The notes under the pieces were generated by a model. The model made no database searches. It was not told where the DNA came from and was given only the letters and a program-made list of their open reading frames with translations. Of a stretch of 64,000 nucleotides of DNA, positions 22,654 to 33,320 are shown one piece after another. The stretch is from Guillardia theta CCMP2712 (taxonomy: Eukaryota > Protista > Cryptophyta). The stretch spans positions 892,345 through 956,344 of the forward strand of contig NW_005434661.1 of NCBI RefSeq assembly GCF_000315625.1. The letters are read 5' to 3'. A program made the position numbers and the translations under genes. Numbering within the stretch: position 1 is the stretch's first letter; each line of letters starts with the position of its first letter.

Positions 22654-22843
22654 GGTACCGCAGGTCATGCTCTCGGTTATTGCAGTTCGACGACGAGCAT
22701 GCCCTCTTCTTCTACGGAGCCCCAGCTTTGTTCTCGTTTCATCTTCTCAGCCGAAACTCCGTCCCCTTCCGTTCTGCACAATTCAGCATCGCTGGTCACC
22801 GATCTCATCAAATTTCCCCTGACTTGTTCATCTATTTCTCCTG

Positions 22844-23780
22844 ATGCTATCAGCTATTGACAGCTCTATTCGTATCCCTGTATGCGTCGCCAATGGAGTT
22901 CACTTACAGACTCTCGGCATTATTTCTCTTACCTACTCAATTGGCAAACACTCATTTACCGATAATTTCAATGTGCTGCCTTCTACATTATCTACATGCA
23001 TTTTTTCCCTGACGTGGCAAACTCGATATGGACTTGTTTTTCGTGCCCGAACCCGTGAAGTATGGATTGAATCTTCCCACAAGCAACAACTCGTGCGTCT
23101 TCCGACATGTGAAATGGTTCCGCTTAATTCTCTTACAGCTCCCCAATCCTTTGCGCAAGTTACTTTCCTGTCATTGACCGATGTTTTTGCTTCTCAACAA
23201 CAAGACAACGATGAGGACGATTGGTTTCTTTGCGTTCTCCAAGTTGATTCATCCTCCACGCCACCGTCAGCCAATTCTTTCTCTCCGGCTCGTTCTTCTG
23301 ATGTGTCCCCAGAGGAGCAAGCAATTTCTTTACTTCTGGACGAATTTTCTGATGTCATTACCGATGATCTGCCCGCCAATTATAACATTTCTCGTGAATT
23401 TCAGGCCACCATTGACATTTTACCTGATGCTAAACCTGTCAGTCTACGACCCTATCGGCTCCCGCTTTTCCTCGAACAGGAACTTCAAAAGACGTTGGAA
23501 TATTTGCTATCTCGCAACATCATCGAACCTTCCAACAGCCCCTTTGGCTTCCCCGTGCTTTACAGTCGCCGCAAAAACGACCCTCGATCTCCTACAGATC
23601 CCTCCAACTATCGTCTTTGCACTGACTTGCGAAAACTTAATGCCATGGTCCACAGCAACCCCAGGTATCCCACTCCTAACCCTGAGGAGATGTTAGAATC
23701 TGTCGCCGAGGTCATTCGCAAATCCAAGCGTTTCTTGCACCCTTCTGAATACAAACTTTGGATTTCAGCTCTCGATCTGG
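22844..23780 (+). pseudogene. pol: Truncated pol: C-terminal part of protease and RT N-terminus, fused to the 3' LTR
   Basis: VANG...F.VL protease half without a D(S/T)G motif; IIEPSNSPFGFPV, YRLCTDLRKLN, YPTP, SALDL, after which the sequence switches to LTR at tctgg. Confidence 0.9.
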
Positions 23781-23938
23781 ACTCATACCGGACGCCCCTT
23801 GGACGTAGCGTAGGGAAATAGGATGACGATGCAGATTCCTGCAGTGGTGCTGCTGATCTGATGAGTGTGTGTGCTTAATAAACAGAGATCCTAAGATCAT
23901 CTGAGCTCAACGTCTTACGCAAGGTTGTGTATACAACA
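23776..23938 (+). repeat. 3' LTR (family A) lacking its first ~8 bp
   Basis: Identical to the LTR from tctggactcatacc to tacaaca. Confidence 0.95.
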
Positions 23939-23964
23939 CTCTAAAACAAGCTCTCTTTGATGCG

Positions 23965-25126
23965 CTGAGTTATACTTTTTCAAAACCCTTCTTAAAGCCA
24001 ATATATCTTTATTATTCGCTCTATATTCTTTTTGTTTTTGTGCATAAGTATCTTTACCAATCTTTTCAACATATTTTCTTTGATGTTGGCGATTAGCTTC
24101 GACAATATCCTTGTAATTATTGACTTCTCTAGGTCTTGGTGGTAGGGAAGTGGAGTTCCCCATAGCCTCTACAACATCCGTGTAATGCAAAGTTGAGGGT
24201 CCCATAGCTTGTGACATAGGTTCATTAACATCATTTATAGTAATTGGAACAGAATCATCAACGGGTTCCCTTTTAATCTTAATCTGTTCAGAATTATCAT
24301 TTTTATAAGAGTATTGTTGAGACCTTAAAGAGGACCTCATCTTTAAAGCCACCTGTTCAAGAATCTTAGTGGAAACATTATTGCTATATAACCAACTAAC
24401 ATAAGAGCTTCTAAATCCATTAACATTCAAGTTTTGTTTTTGAAACATGTTAGCAAGATACTTAGCCTGATTCGGACCTGCTGGCTGGTTTCTATCCCTA
24501 TATTGTGTAATATAATACTTCCTAGGGTAAATCCTCATGCTTAGTCTAATGAAACTAGTTAACAACTTAGCTAAAGGGTCATTTTGTTCATCACCATTTG
24601 GATAGCCTACATAATATCTAATAGGTGGATGCTTCTTGTGTATAGTGTTGAAAATGTACATAGCTACCTCATTTTCGTTATCACTAACATAAACATAATT
24701 GGTTTTTTTATCAAGTCCCTCTAATGTATTTGTAAATACCACATTAGATAACTCAGACCTAACAGGTGGAGTATATAAATAGCTCATTAATATCAATGTA
24801 TTCATATGTACTTTATAAGTGGCTTCTTTGTTAGGGCCATATTTAGCTAAAGCATCCTCAAATTGCTTTTTCATTTCACCGACCATATCCAAAAGGATAG
24901 AATAGGGAACAAATACTCTCTTTTCATCAACATTGAGCTTATTATCAGTCTCAATATTCTTTAAGACTGCCTTATCAAAATCATCAGATAGCTTAGAAAG
25001 CTTCTTATAAAGTTCATCATCATCTCCAAGAGATATTTTGGCAAGCCTTGCTAATGCTCGTATGTAATCCCAATATGTAAAGGGAGAACCCTTTTTGCTC
25101 TCAATATATTTAAGCATGATTAACAT
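23965..25126 (-). CDS. Tyrosine recombinase of Polinton-like virus/virophage type, 3'-truncated
   Basis: AT-rich ORF; PPVRSE (catalytic R), HKK, VNGFRSSYVS, ALKMRSS...QYSY (nucleophile Y); the last ~16 codons of the tracked ORF run into flanking/LTR DNA. Confidence 0.7.
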
Positions 25127-25206
25127 GATATGGCGGTGATGTCTAAGGACAGTTGTTAAATCAATAGGGTCAAGTTGTAAATCTTTAGCTTCTTTTAGAA
25201 TAACAT

Positions 25207-25500
25207 TTAAACTGGTACTTTCTTATGTTTATCGCTGTTAACATGTGTCTTAAATTCATCCTTTGAAGGTGTTTTATCAAATTGATGATCACACACTGGA
25301 CATTTATTAGTTTTGATATCTCCAACTTTTAATTTAATTGCTTTATCATATCTTTCTCTGTTTGTCATTTTCTTTTGTTTAGGTCCAACACTCGCTTTAT
25401 CCTTGTATTGCTGATTTGCATTGATAAGTTTCTTAGGTTTGACTGGTTTTTCATATTGTTTATTTGGCAACTTGCCGTCATAAGTTTGTAGATCTTGCAT
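25207..25500 (-). CDS. Basic C2H2 zinc-finger ORF, probably the frameshifted N-terminus of the recombinase
   Basis: CPVC...KTHVNSDKH; the recombinase frame is open upstream of 25126 (NVILKEAKDLQLDPIDLTTVLRHHRHI) up to the end of this ORF. Confidence 0.55.
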   Translation of the reverse strand: MQDLQTYDGKLPNKQYEKPVKPKKLINANQQYKDKASVGPKQKKMTNRERYDKAIKLKVGDIKTNKCPVCDHQFDKTPSKDEFKTHVNSDKHKKVPV

Positions 25501-25929
25501 GATTCCCTTAACATGATCATATTCTTTTGATCCTTTCTTGTTTTCTAGTACTCATTTATAATAAAGAAAGATAGATAATAATAAAATAAAGAATATAATT
25601 TAGTATAATAATGGTAATGATAATGATAAAGGCTAGCAAGTAAATACATTGGAAACGTGAGGAGACAAACTTTTATAAATCAATTTAAAATTTTAATGAT
25701 TTTTACGAACACCCAAAAAATACATTTATTCCTCTTTATTTTCCTTACCGAATCCCTATTATATTTTATTCAATTAAAATAATAGCTGCGCATTGGTGCG
25801 GATCATCACACAAAATAACCAAAAACAAACGAGCGCACACACGGAGTGTGTAATAAAAAAATCTATGTGGGGTGAGGGGGTAAAATATTAAACACGTTGT
25901 TTTTGCGAACCCCCCTAAGTAACAAAATA

Positions 25930-26285
25930 ATCTATCCCCGCCGCCACCCTCCGCCGCCTCCGCCTCTACCCCCCGCCTATTTCACATAACGGCTTAATTT
26001 TTCTTTTCTTTATTTTTTCCGCTCTATTACATGCTTAATTTATTTGGCGGGGGGGACGGGGGGGAAAACTCCATTTTTCCATAGCTATATATATATGCCA
26101 CATGCCGGATGATCTAAATATATTTATCCTCAAAATAACGATTTTACCCCCCGTCCCCCCCGCCTTACGTCTATTTACCCTACGTTTACCATTCTTTTCA
26201 CACTCCACCACAGCCAAAACATGGCGGAGGGACCAACCCGCCTACCTCCCCGCCTACCCTCCGCCTACCCTCCGCCTACCTCCTT
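25930..26285. repeat. GC-skewed repeat and inverted-repeat region upstream of the recombinase
   Basis: (cgcctaccctc)-like units; 23-bp inverted repeat 26046-26068 / 26142-26164 with one mismatch. Confidence 0.7.
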
Positions 26286-26304
26286 TTTATTAAAACCCCT
26301 AGCG

Positions 26305-26860
26305 CTACATCGTCCGCCTCGCAAACACGTAAGTCATCTTGGTTTACAGGAGAGTTTTTGTTAACTCGGCGCTATCTGACTGGTACGGCTGGCATACGTT
26401 CCATCCCGGCTCCCCCCGAGTTTCTGAAATAGTACGTTACATCGGACGTCAGAAAGTCACACAAACAAGAATGTCAGCAGATCCAAGTCAGGATACGATG
26501 ATACAATGTCAAGTTCACAGTCCGATCATGCTGAGTGGGCAATAACCATTCAAGGATTGTCCATTCTGAAGAAGATTTTCATGCAGGGCTATTAGATGTG
26601 CAGTAAAGAGATAAGGGAGATGCATAGCGAGCGGATGCAATGAAGAGAGATAGAGTAAAGATAAGAGTGTCTGAGAAGAGAGAAAATAAAAGAGAAGACG
26701 AGAGAAGTTTGCTCGCCAGCATTTGAAGACAGAACTTGTGACCAGAGATTGCTGCCGCCGCCTACATCGTCCGCCTCGCAAACACGTAAGTCATCTTGGT
26801 TTACAGGAGAGTTTTTGTTAACTCGGCGCTATCTGACTGGCACGGCTGGCATACGTTCCA
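26305..26860 (+). repeat. 99-bp direct repeat (26305-26403 and 26762-26860)
   Basis: ctacatcgtccgcctcgc...gcatacgttcca, one mismatch. Confidence 0.9.
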
Positions 26861-27693
26861 CTGGGCCATCAGCTCTATATAAGATCCATGTGATCCGTCC
26901 GACCGTCACGTCTTTCCGGAGAAAACATCACGGTACGGAAGGATCTCCATAGCACACTCACACTGGCAGGGCGCGGCAAGTTCGAAAAGACTCGGGATGA
27001 TGAAGATGCCGCCCCGGGTTCAAGTTGCCCAGTGGAGCCGGGACCTTCATATGCCGTGGTACCCTACCCATCTTTCGATGTAACGTATACCACCCCCACC
27101 CATCTCCAGGCTTTCGTGCTCTACATTACTTCTTAAATTAAAATTGTTATGTGTCACTACTCGTAGTACTTAACGTTGTACCAACGTCTTGCAATTTAAA
27201 ATTTGAATGTAGTTATTGTAAAACTTTCGCTCAATTGATTGGCTAAAGCATGCAGATAGATGTGCGAAAGAATTGGGTATTTTGAAGGACCGGGTCATTT
27301 GTGACATTTTAAACCTCCCCCTGCCTGCGCCCTTTTTTTTGCTTGATTTGTGAGTTCAAATTTAAGGCCACCAAATGTGATATAGGGAAAAAGCAATCGA
27401 GTTTTCTTCTAAAATCACTCAATAATTTGTACCATGACCTTAACTTTTAGAGTTTTATTCTCTTTTTATTTCATTTTTGGAAGTGTTGGATTAGCAGTGA
27501 AACTGAAATGTTTGTGCAGAACGAGCGCTTGCAAGGTGTGTGAGATGTTAGCTTATGCTGTTGTAGGTGATGTTGCAAGCAAGTACAAGCATGATGAAGA
27601 ACAGCTTAAGGTGTTGCATGGTCCAATTATATTACTCATGTTCTAATTACAATGAACACAGGAACAAAGTTAAGATGCACATTACAAACCATC

Positions 27694-27864
27694 TGTTGTA
27701 TACACAACCTTGCGTAAGACGTTGAGCTCAGATGATCTTAGGATCTCTGTTTATTAAGCACACACACTCATCAGATCAGCAGCACCACTGCAGGAATCTG
27801 CATCGTCATCCTATTTCCCTACGCTACGTCCAAGGGGCGTCCGGTATGAGTCCAGAATACAACA
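27694..27864 (-). repeat. 171-bp 3' LTR (family A)
   Basis: Reverse complement of 20534-20704; short purine-rich gggagcga immediately upstream on the minus strand. Confidence 0.95.
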
Positions 27865-27929
27865 TCGCTCCCACTGCGAGACGACAAGAAGGTCCACCTG
27901 TCGTTGACTTCGCTCAGAAGAATCTTGAG

Positions 27930-30455
27930 TTAAGGATCAGCAGAAGAAGAGGAAGAAGAGCGGCGGGAAGGTGACGCTTGAGCTAATAAAGAAGATTCAA
28001 ATTGTTGAATTAAAGCACGAATACCAGATTTCTTGTTGAGTTCAGAAGCTGATTTCCAGGAGTGATCAGCTGGGTTAGGGTAGCCTTTCCAATGAACAAG
28101 ATATTGGATACCACGACCACGTTGACGTTTGTCGAGAATTTGTTCCACTTCGTATTCAAGGCCTTGAGCTGTCGAAAGAGGATCCGGTCGATCGACGTGA
28201 AGCTCGAAGTTGGGATCACGGTCCTGATGGGGGCGAAGCCACTTGAGGTTGAAGACGCTGTGTTCAAGATGACGAAAGCGATCGGTCAGTTCGAGATGAA
28301 CAGTGTTGTCAGAAACAAAGGAGAGGACTTTGAAGGGACCAATAAAACGAGGACGGAGCTTGGGAAAGCTGTCGGTGATGGGAATATTCGTCGTTGAGAG
28401 CCACACGAGATCGCCGATGTTGAAATTGTGAGGGCGACGGTGTTGGTCAAGGGTCTGTTCAGTTGAACGAGCCATGTGATCGAGGGCATCGCGAGCTGCT
28501 TCCATGTGCACTTGGATGGCTTCGCGAATGTCGTCAGGATCATCAGACGAGTTGGAAAGGTCAGGGAGAGCCAGTTGAGTTTTGACGTTGCGGCCATAAA
28601 TAATCTCGAATGGCGCAAGGCCTGTTGAACGTTTGACGGAAGAATTGTAATGCATCTCGAAGAGGGGAAGAAATCTGTCCCAGTCATGGTTGACGCGATT
28701 GGCACAGTAGATGCGAAGAGCTTCAATCAAGACGGAGTTGAGGCGTTCAGGTCGAGCATTGCCTTGAGGATAGTAAGGCGAAGAATGCTTGATTTTGACC
28801 TGCAAGAGTTCGAAAAGTTTAGTCCAGAAGGCAGAAGAGAAGATTTTTGCATTATCTGAAATGATTTCGTTGGGAAGGCCTTGGTTGGCGCAGACTTTCG
28901 AAACGAAAAGATCGGCAGCTTGTTGAGAGGTGAGAGTCTTCTTGCATGGAGACAGAAAGACACGGCCAGAAAAGTTGTCAACACAAACGAAGATCGAGTC
29001 GTAATGAGAACGAGTAGGCGGGAAGCCGGAAACAACATCGATGGAGATTGTAGCAAAACGATCAGACGGAGCTACTTGACTGTGCGACGGTCCCATCTGT
29101 GGCTTGCGATAAGATTTGTATTGGATGCAAGATTGACAGGAAAGGATATAACGTTCGACTTGTTGACGCATAGAGGGCCAACAAACAACAGGAACAAGAG
29201 CCAAGTATGTTCGAGAGAAGCCGCGGTGACTGTGAAGGTCATGGGCACGGTAGAGAACCTCTTTGCGAACAGATTGAGGAATGCAAATGCGTTGGCGATG
29301 AAGACTATCTGTTAGAATCAGGAGATGATTTTCAAGGTGAAAATGCTTGTACGATGGGTTGTTTTGAACTGCTTGATAGATTGTAGAAAAGTATGAACAC
29401 GAGGAATATGCTTGGACGATTGCGTCGTGAAGAGATTCGACGAGAGAAGCATTATCAGCAGGAGCATCGAGAGCAAGGAGATGATGAAAATCTTGATCAT
29501 CTGAATGTAGGATTGCGTCAGCGCGTGGAGGTGCGACGTCGTCGTCGGGGTATTGGCGGCTGAGAGCGTCAGGGACAACATTATCGGTACCTTTCACGTG
29601 CGCGATCTCGACGATAGAGAATTCACTGAGAGTTTCTAGCCAGCGGCGAAGACGACCTTTGAGATCCTTTTGAGTTTGAAAGTACGTGAGAGCCTTGTGA
29701 TCAGTACGAAGGATGATGGGCTTGCCAAGAAGATAAAATTGGAAGTGGAGAAGCACGTCTTTGATGGCCAAAAGTTCGCGCTCAGTGGTTTGATAATTTC
29801 TTTCTGCATCAGTAAATAGGCGACTGTAGAATCCAATGACTTTCTCTTTGTTGTCAGCGTCGTACTGAAGAAGAACACCGCCGAGAGCTGTGTTTGAGGC
29901 ATCGGTGTGAACTTCTGTCCTAAGCGCTGGATCAAAGTGAGAGAGAATTGGGGAGGAGGTTAACCGGTGTTTGAGAAGATCAAAGGCTTGCTGACACTCG
30001 GGAGTCCATTGAAAGACGACATTCTTACGAAGAAGAGCATGAAGAGGAGCAGCAATGTGGGCATAGTTGCGAATAAAGCGACGGTAATAGCCGGAGAGCC
30101 CAAGAAATATTTTGATCTCCTTTGCGTTGCTGGGTGGTGGCCAGTCAAGGATCGCACTGGTCTTGCTGGATTGGGTCGATATGCCATCAGCAGAGATTTG
30201 ATGACCGAGGAACTCGACACTATCTTGAAAGAGCTTGACTTTTGATTTCTTGAGGTAAACTTGATTCTCGCGGCATCGCAGAAGAACGCGACGAAGAGTG
30301 TTGAGGTGTTGATCAAACGTACCGAAATCAAGGATGAGCAAGTCATCAATGTATGGGAATACACTGGTAATATCACGGAAGAGAAGAGTAATCCATTCTT
30401 GAAAAATATTGCTTGCGTGAATGTAGCCGAATGGAAGATTGCGAGCCGGATGCAT
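27930..30455 (-). CDS. pol: Pol C-terminal part: RT, RNase H, integrase, chromodomain (5'-truncated)
   Basis: LPFG, YIDD, FLGH; HTDAS, ERELLAI, TDHK, DALSR; HHCC (HDLHSH...CQSC), IDVV/SDN/PER, GPF; chromodomain YEVEQIL...YLVHWKGY. Confidence 0.95.
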   Translation of the reverse strand: MHPARNLPFGYIHASNIFQEWITLLFRDITSVFPYIDDLLILDFGTFDQHLNTLRRVLLRCRENQVYLKKSKVKLFQDSVEFLGHQISADGISTQSSKTSAILDWPPPSNAKEIKIFLGLSGYYRRFIRNYAHIAAPLHALLRKNVVFQWTPECQQAFDLLKHRLTSSPILSHFDPALRTEVHTDASNTALGGVLLQYDADNKEKVIGFYSRLFTDAERNYQTTERELLAIKDVLLHFQFYLLGKPIILRTDHKALTYFQTQKDLKGRLRRWLETLSEFSIVEIAHVKGTDNVVPDALSRQYPDDDVAPPRADAILHSDDQDFHHLLALDAPADNASLVESLHDAIVQAYSSCSYFSTIYQAVQNNPSYKHFHLENHLLILTDSLHRQRICIPQSVRKEVLYRAHDLHSHRGFSRTYLALVPVVCWPSMRQQVERYILSCQSCIQYKSYRKPQMGPSHSQVAPSDRFATISIDVVSGFPPTRSHYDSIFVCVDNFSGRVFLSPCKKTLTSQQAADLFVSKVCANQGLPNEIISDNAKIFSSAFWTKLFELLQVKIKHSSPYYPQGNARPERLNSVLIEALRIYCANRVNHDWDRFLPLFEMHYNSSVKRSTGLAPFEIIYGRNVKTQLALPDLSNSSDDPDDIREAIQVHMEAARDALDHMARSTEQTLDQHRRPHNFNIGDLVWLSTTNIPITDSFPKLRPRFIGPFKVLSFVSDNTVHLELTDRFRHLEHSVFNLKWLRPHQDRDPNFELHVDRPDPLSTAQGLEYEVEQILDKRQRGRGIQYLVHWKGYPNPADHSWKSASELNKKSGIRALIQQFESSLLAQASPSRRSSSSSSADP

Positions 30456-30525
30456 CTGTCCTCGAAGCTGATCTGGTCGAGAGGGTGAAGAGCTTTGCGA
30501 AGCGTTATCCGAACAGTAGGACAGC

Positions 30526-32748
30526 TCAGGCTTGCAAGGCTGTGGAGGGATGCACCCCCGACGCTATCGCAGAAGCCATCCGCTCGACATAGATCCCACG
30601 CTCTAACAAAAAGGCAAGATTCGCTTTCAACTCCTCCTCAAACGCGAGTGGTACAGGGTAAGTTTTCTTTTGTACCGCCTCAGCGTTATCCTTGAGTCGA
30701 ATCGTCGCCTTGAAGGACCGATCAAGAACAACGTCGCTAGGAATGTCATCACGAATGACATCCGCATAATCTTCCATGATTGCCTCGACTGCTTTCTTCT
30801 CCGGACTCGAAACATCGTCCGTCGGCTGAGCGATCTCCATGTTGCACACATGTACGACGTACCACTCGGACTCGTTACGCTTGAAGTCTCTCACCGCTTC
30901 TGTACAAGAAAGTACCTGGCACAGAGAGACGCCCGCAGTAGCACCTCGATTATTTGCCGAACCGATGAGCAATGGGAGTTCGACCCTACGCTTGCGATAA
31001 GTGGCAAAAACTCTCGGTCGACCTGCGTCAATCACGATCTTGTTCGCACACATCCATTCCCATGAGAGAATCATATCCGCATGCGGCAAGTCGAGCGTGT
31101 AGAATGATCCAGTACTCTTGAAGATCGAACCTACACCAAATTTCGTCTGAAAAACCATATCAGACGTGCTGCTACTCCCGTCAGCCATGATGACTCGCTT
31201 ACGAACGTCTGCATCCTTGACCAACAGACCAAATTTGCGCACTGCTGCTGTGCTGATGAACGACTCTTCAGCAGCGGTGTCGAGCAATGCGTTCAGAGCT
31301 CCGAATTGAAAAGACACAGGAACCATTGGTAAAGCTTTGATCCGCTGCCAGAATCAACAGTAATACGGCATTTACGAACATCCCTGGGATTTCCCGATGG
31401 AGGTATGCCCGGGTCGAAGACAACACTCGAAGTCTGCGAACCCGTGCTCCCGTCGATTGCGCCCTCCGCGGCATGGTTTAAAGGTTGCTCAGGACCATAC
31501 TTTTGACAGTTATAGCACTTCACCTTCTTCTTGTCGAACTTCTTCTCTTTGCCCTGTGCGTCGTCGCTCGGAGTAGGAGCCGACCGCTTGCCCACTGGCC
31601 TGACCGTCCTGTTGATGTCGCTGACGCAGGTTAAGAGCTTCACGATACAACTGCGGTAAGTAATGGCAATCCCAAACGTCTTACCATCGCGTTCCGAAGT
31701 TCCATCAGCATGCTCAGTTCCTTCCTGAGCATAGCACGTGCATAGTCCATTTGTATTCCATCGACAAAGACACGTTCTCAGTTACCCAGCGCAACACTAG
31801 GTCTCTTGGACACAAGGTAGCACGCCTGCAGGTGTGTAACCATCGCCTGGAATCTTGCGGTGTACGCCTCAACGGACTCCTTGGGCCCTTGCCTAGCCTG
31901 TTCTGCACATGACGCTCGAGTTTCTCAATAAACTCGAATGGTAACCATTTCAACAACAGTTTCTCCACAAACTGTTCCCAATCCCCATGCTCAGCTGAGA
32001 ACTGATCTTGCTCAGCCATCGGGAGTGTAGCCCACCATAGCTGCACTTCCGGACCGAACGCAGAGATTGCAGCTCCTACCCACCTATGACGCGCAATACG
32101 GTGGAATTTACATCTGCCTTCCAGGTACCCAATCCATGAGACGATTGATTTCTCCATTGTCTGTTCGCCATTGTACTGCAGCAACGACTTCGGATCTAGT
32201 TTGCAAATCTGACCACCGTCATTCTCCGCATGCTTCGGCTTAGTAGGCTTGACCTCGTCGTGAACCCGCTCACAAAGCAGGGCTCGCATTTCCGCTGCTT
32301 CCTCAGCGAGCTTGCGGTTTTCTCGCTGAGATTCTGCAAGTGCCTTCACAAGATCCTGAAGTTTGCAATCAGCCTCTCGCTGGGATTCTGCGAGTGCATT
32401 GATAAGACTGTGCATCTTATCCGTGTTAGTCTGTTCCACGGATCTGAGCTCCCTGCATGTACGGCGTAGTTGCTCGTTTTCTTCCAAGATGTCACGAAAA
32501 CTGGCTTTCAAGGGAAGAGCGGGACCCTCTCTTTCGTTTTCATCCCTGCTCTCCAACCATGAAGGCACAGTGCGACCACTGTCAACACTATCGGCACGCA
32601 AAACAGCGTCTGGACGAAGGACGGTTTCCGACGGATCATACGTACGCGATTGCATGATCACTACCGTAGCAAAACGCTGCTCTGCCGACCCATTCAGTGT
32701 CTCCTTCACAAAGCTGCCCAACCGCGACATGCTTCGACTCTGACACAC
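30526..32748 (-). pseudogene. Degenerate gag-protease-RT start of a second Gypsy family (B)
   Basis: Gag-like 31714-32748 (YNGE...W...WW...WEQF), partial knuckle KCYNCQKYG, protease ALLDTAA...MADG...DMILSWEW, YPVP...LLERGI; frameshifted; sequence clearly differs from family A. Confidence 0.8.
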
Positions 32749-32973
32749 GAAGTGATCCCGTCAAGAAAGCAAAGAGCAAGTGTGCGACAGCAATGCACAA
32801 TCCAACGGCACTTTATTCCAAATCGACGTTTGAGATAAAGAAAAGTAAGTAATCTAATTTCCTAAGAAACGATACTGCCTAGGACACCTACTTAAAGAAA
32901 GACAGAAATAAACATATCCTATCAGGTTTGACCTCTCTTTGTTGCCCGACCAAATAGTAGAGCTGGTCCTGTC

Positions 32974-32974
32974 T

Positions 32975-33040
<66 letters not shown>
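32974..33040. repeat. (TCGTCC)n microsatellite
   Basis: About 11 units; encodes (ED)n on the minus strand. Confidence 0.95.
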
Positions 33041-33042
<2 letters not shown>

Positions 33043-33182
33043 TCTCCTTGTTCTGCTTGTTCTGCTTGTTCTTCTTGTGCTCCTTGTACTCTTTGCCTCC
33101 TCCTCAGCCTCCTCCTTTCACCTGTCAATACTCGTCCCGTCTGTCCAGTGCTTCTGTTCCTGTCCATCCTTTTTCATGACAT

Positions 33183-33320
33183 CGATCATACTTCTTGTGT
33201 CCCTCATCTTTCGATCATACTTCTTGTGTCCCTCATCTTTCGATCATACTTCTTGTGTCCCTCATCTTTCGATCATACTTCTTGTGTCCCTCATCTTTCG
33301 ATCATACTTCTTGTGTTCCT
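33183..33320. repeat. 30-bp tandem repeat x~4.5
   Basis: tcgatcatacttcttgtgtccctcatcttt. Confidence 0.95.

Larger units (their letters stand above)
20534..23938 (+). mobile_element. Ty3/Gypsy LTR retrotransposon family A, copy 1, internally deleted; TSD CTCTA
   Basis: 5' LTR 20534-20704 (TGTTGTA...TACAACA), PBS tggtagcg at 20707, gag, protease/RT start, 5'-clipped 3' LTR 23776-23938; CTCTA at 20529-20533 and 23939-23943; the empty site is visible at ~1120. Confidence 0.95.

Noticed and set aside
22651-22860. Programmed gag-pol stop read-through at GAA TAG GGT
   Set aside because: The frame stays open ~68 codons past TAG, but deletions in this copy prevent telling read-through from frameshift
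23915-23964. C-terminus HQRELVLECCIHNLA as part of the recombinase
   Set aside because: Encoded by the duplication arm and LTR beyond the breakpoint at ~23964
23776-27864. Inverted LTR copies as terminal inverted repeats of a recombinase-carrying transposon
   Set aside because: Each LTR is explained by its own element with its own TSD (CTCTA, CCATC); the orientation is incidental
33183-33320. 30-bp repeats as a CRISPR array
   Set aside because: Units are directly tandem with no unique spacers; no cas genes; eukaryotic context
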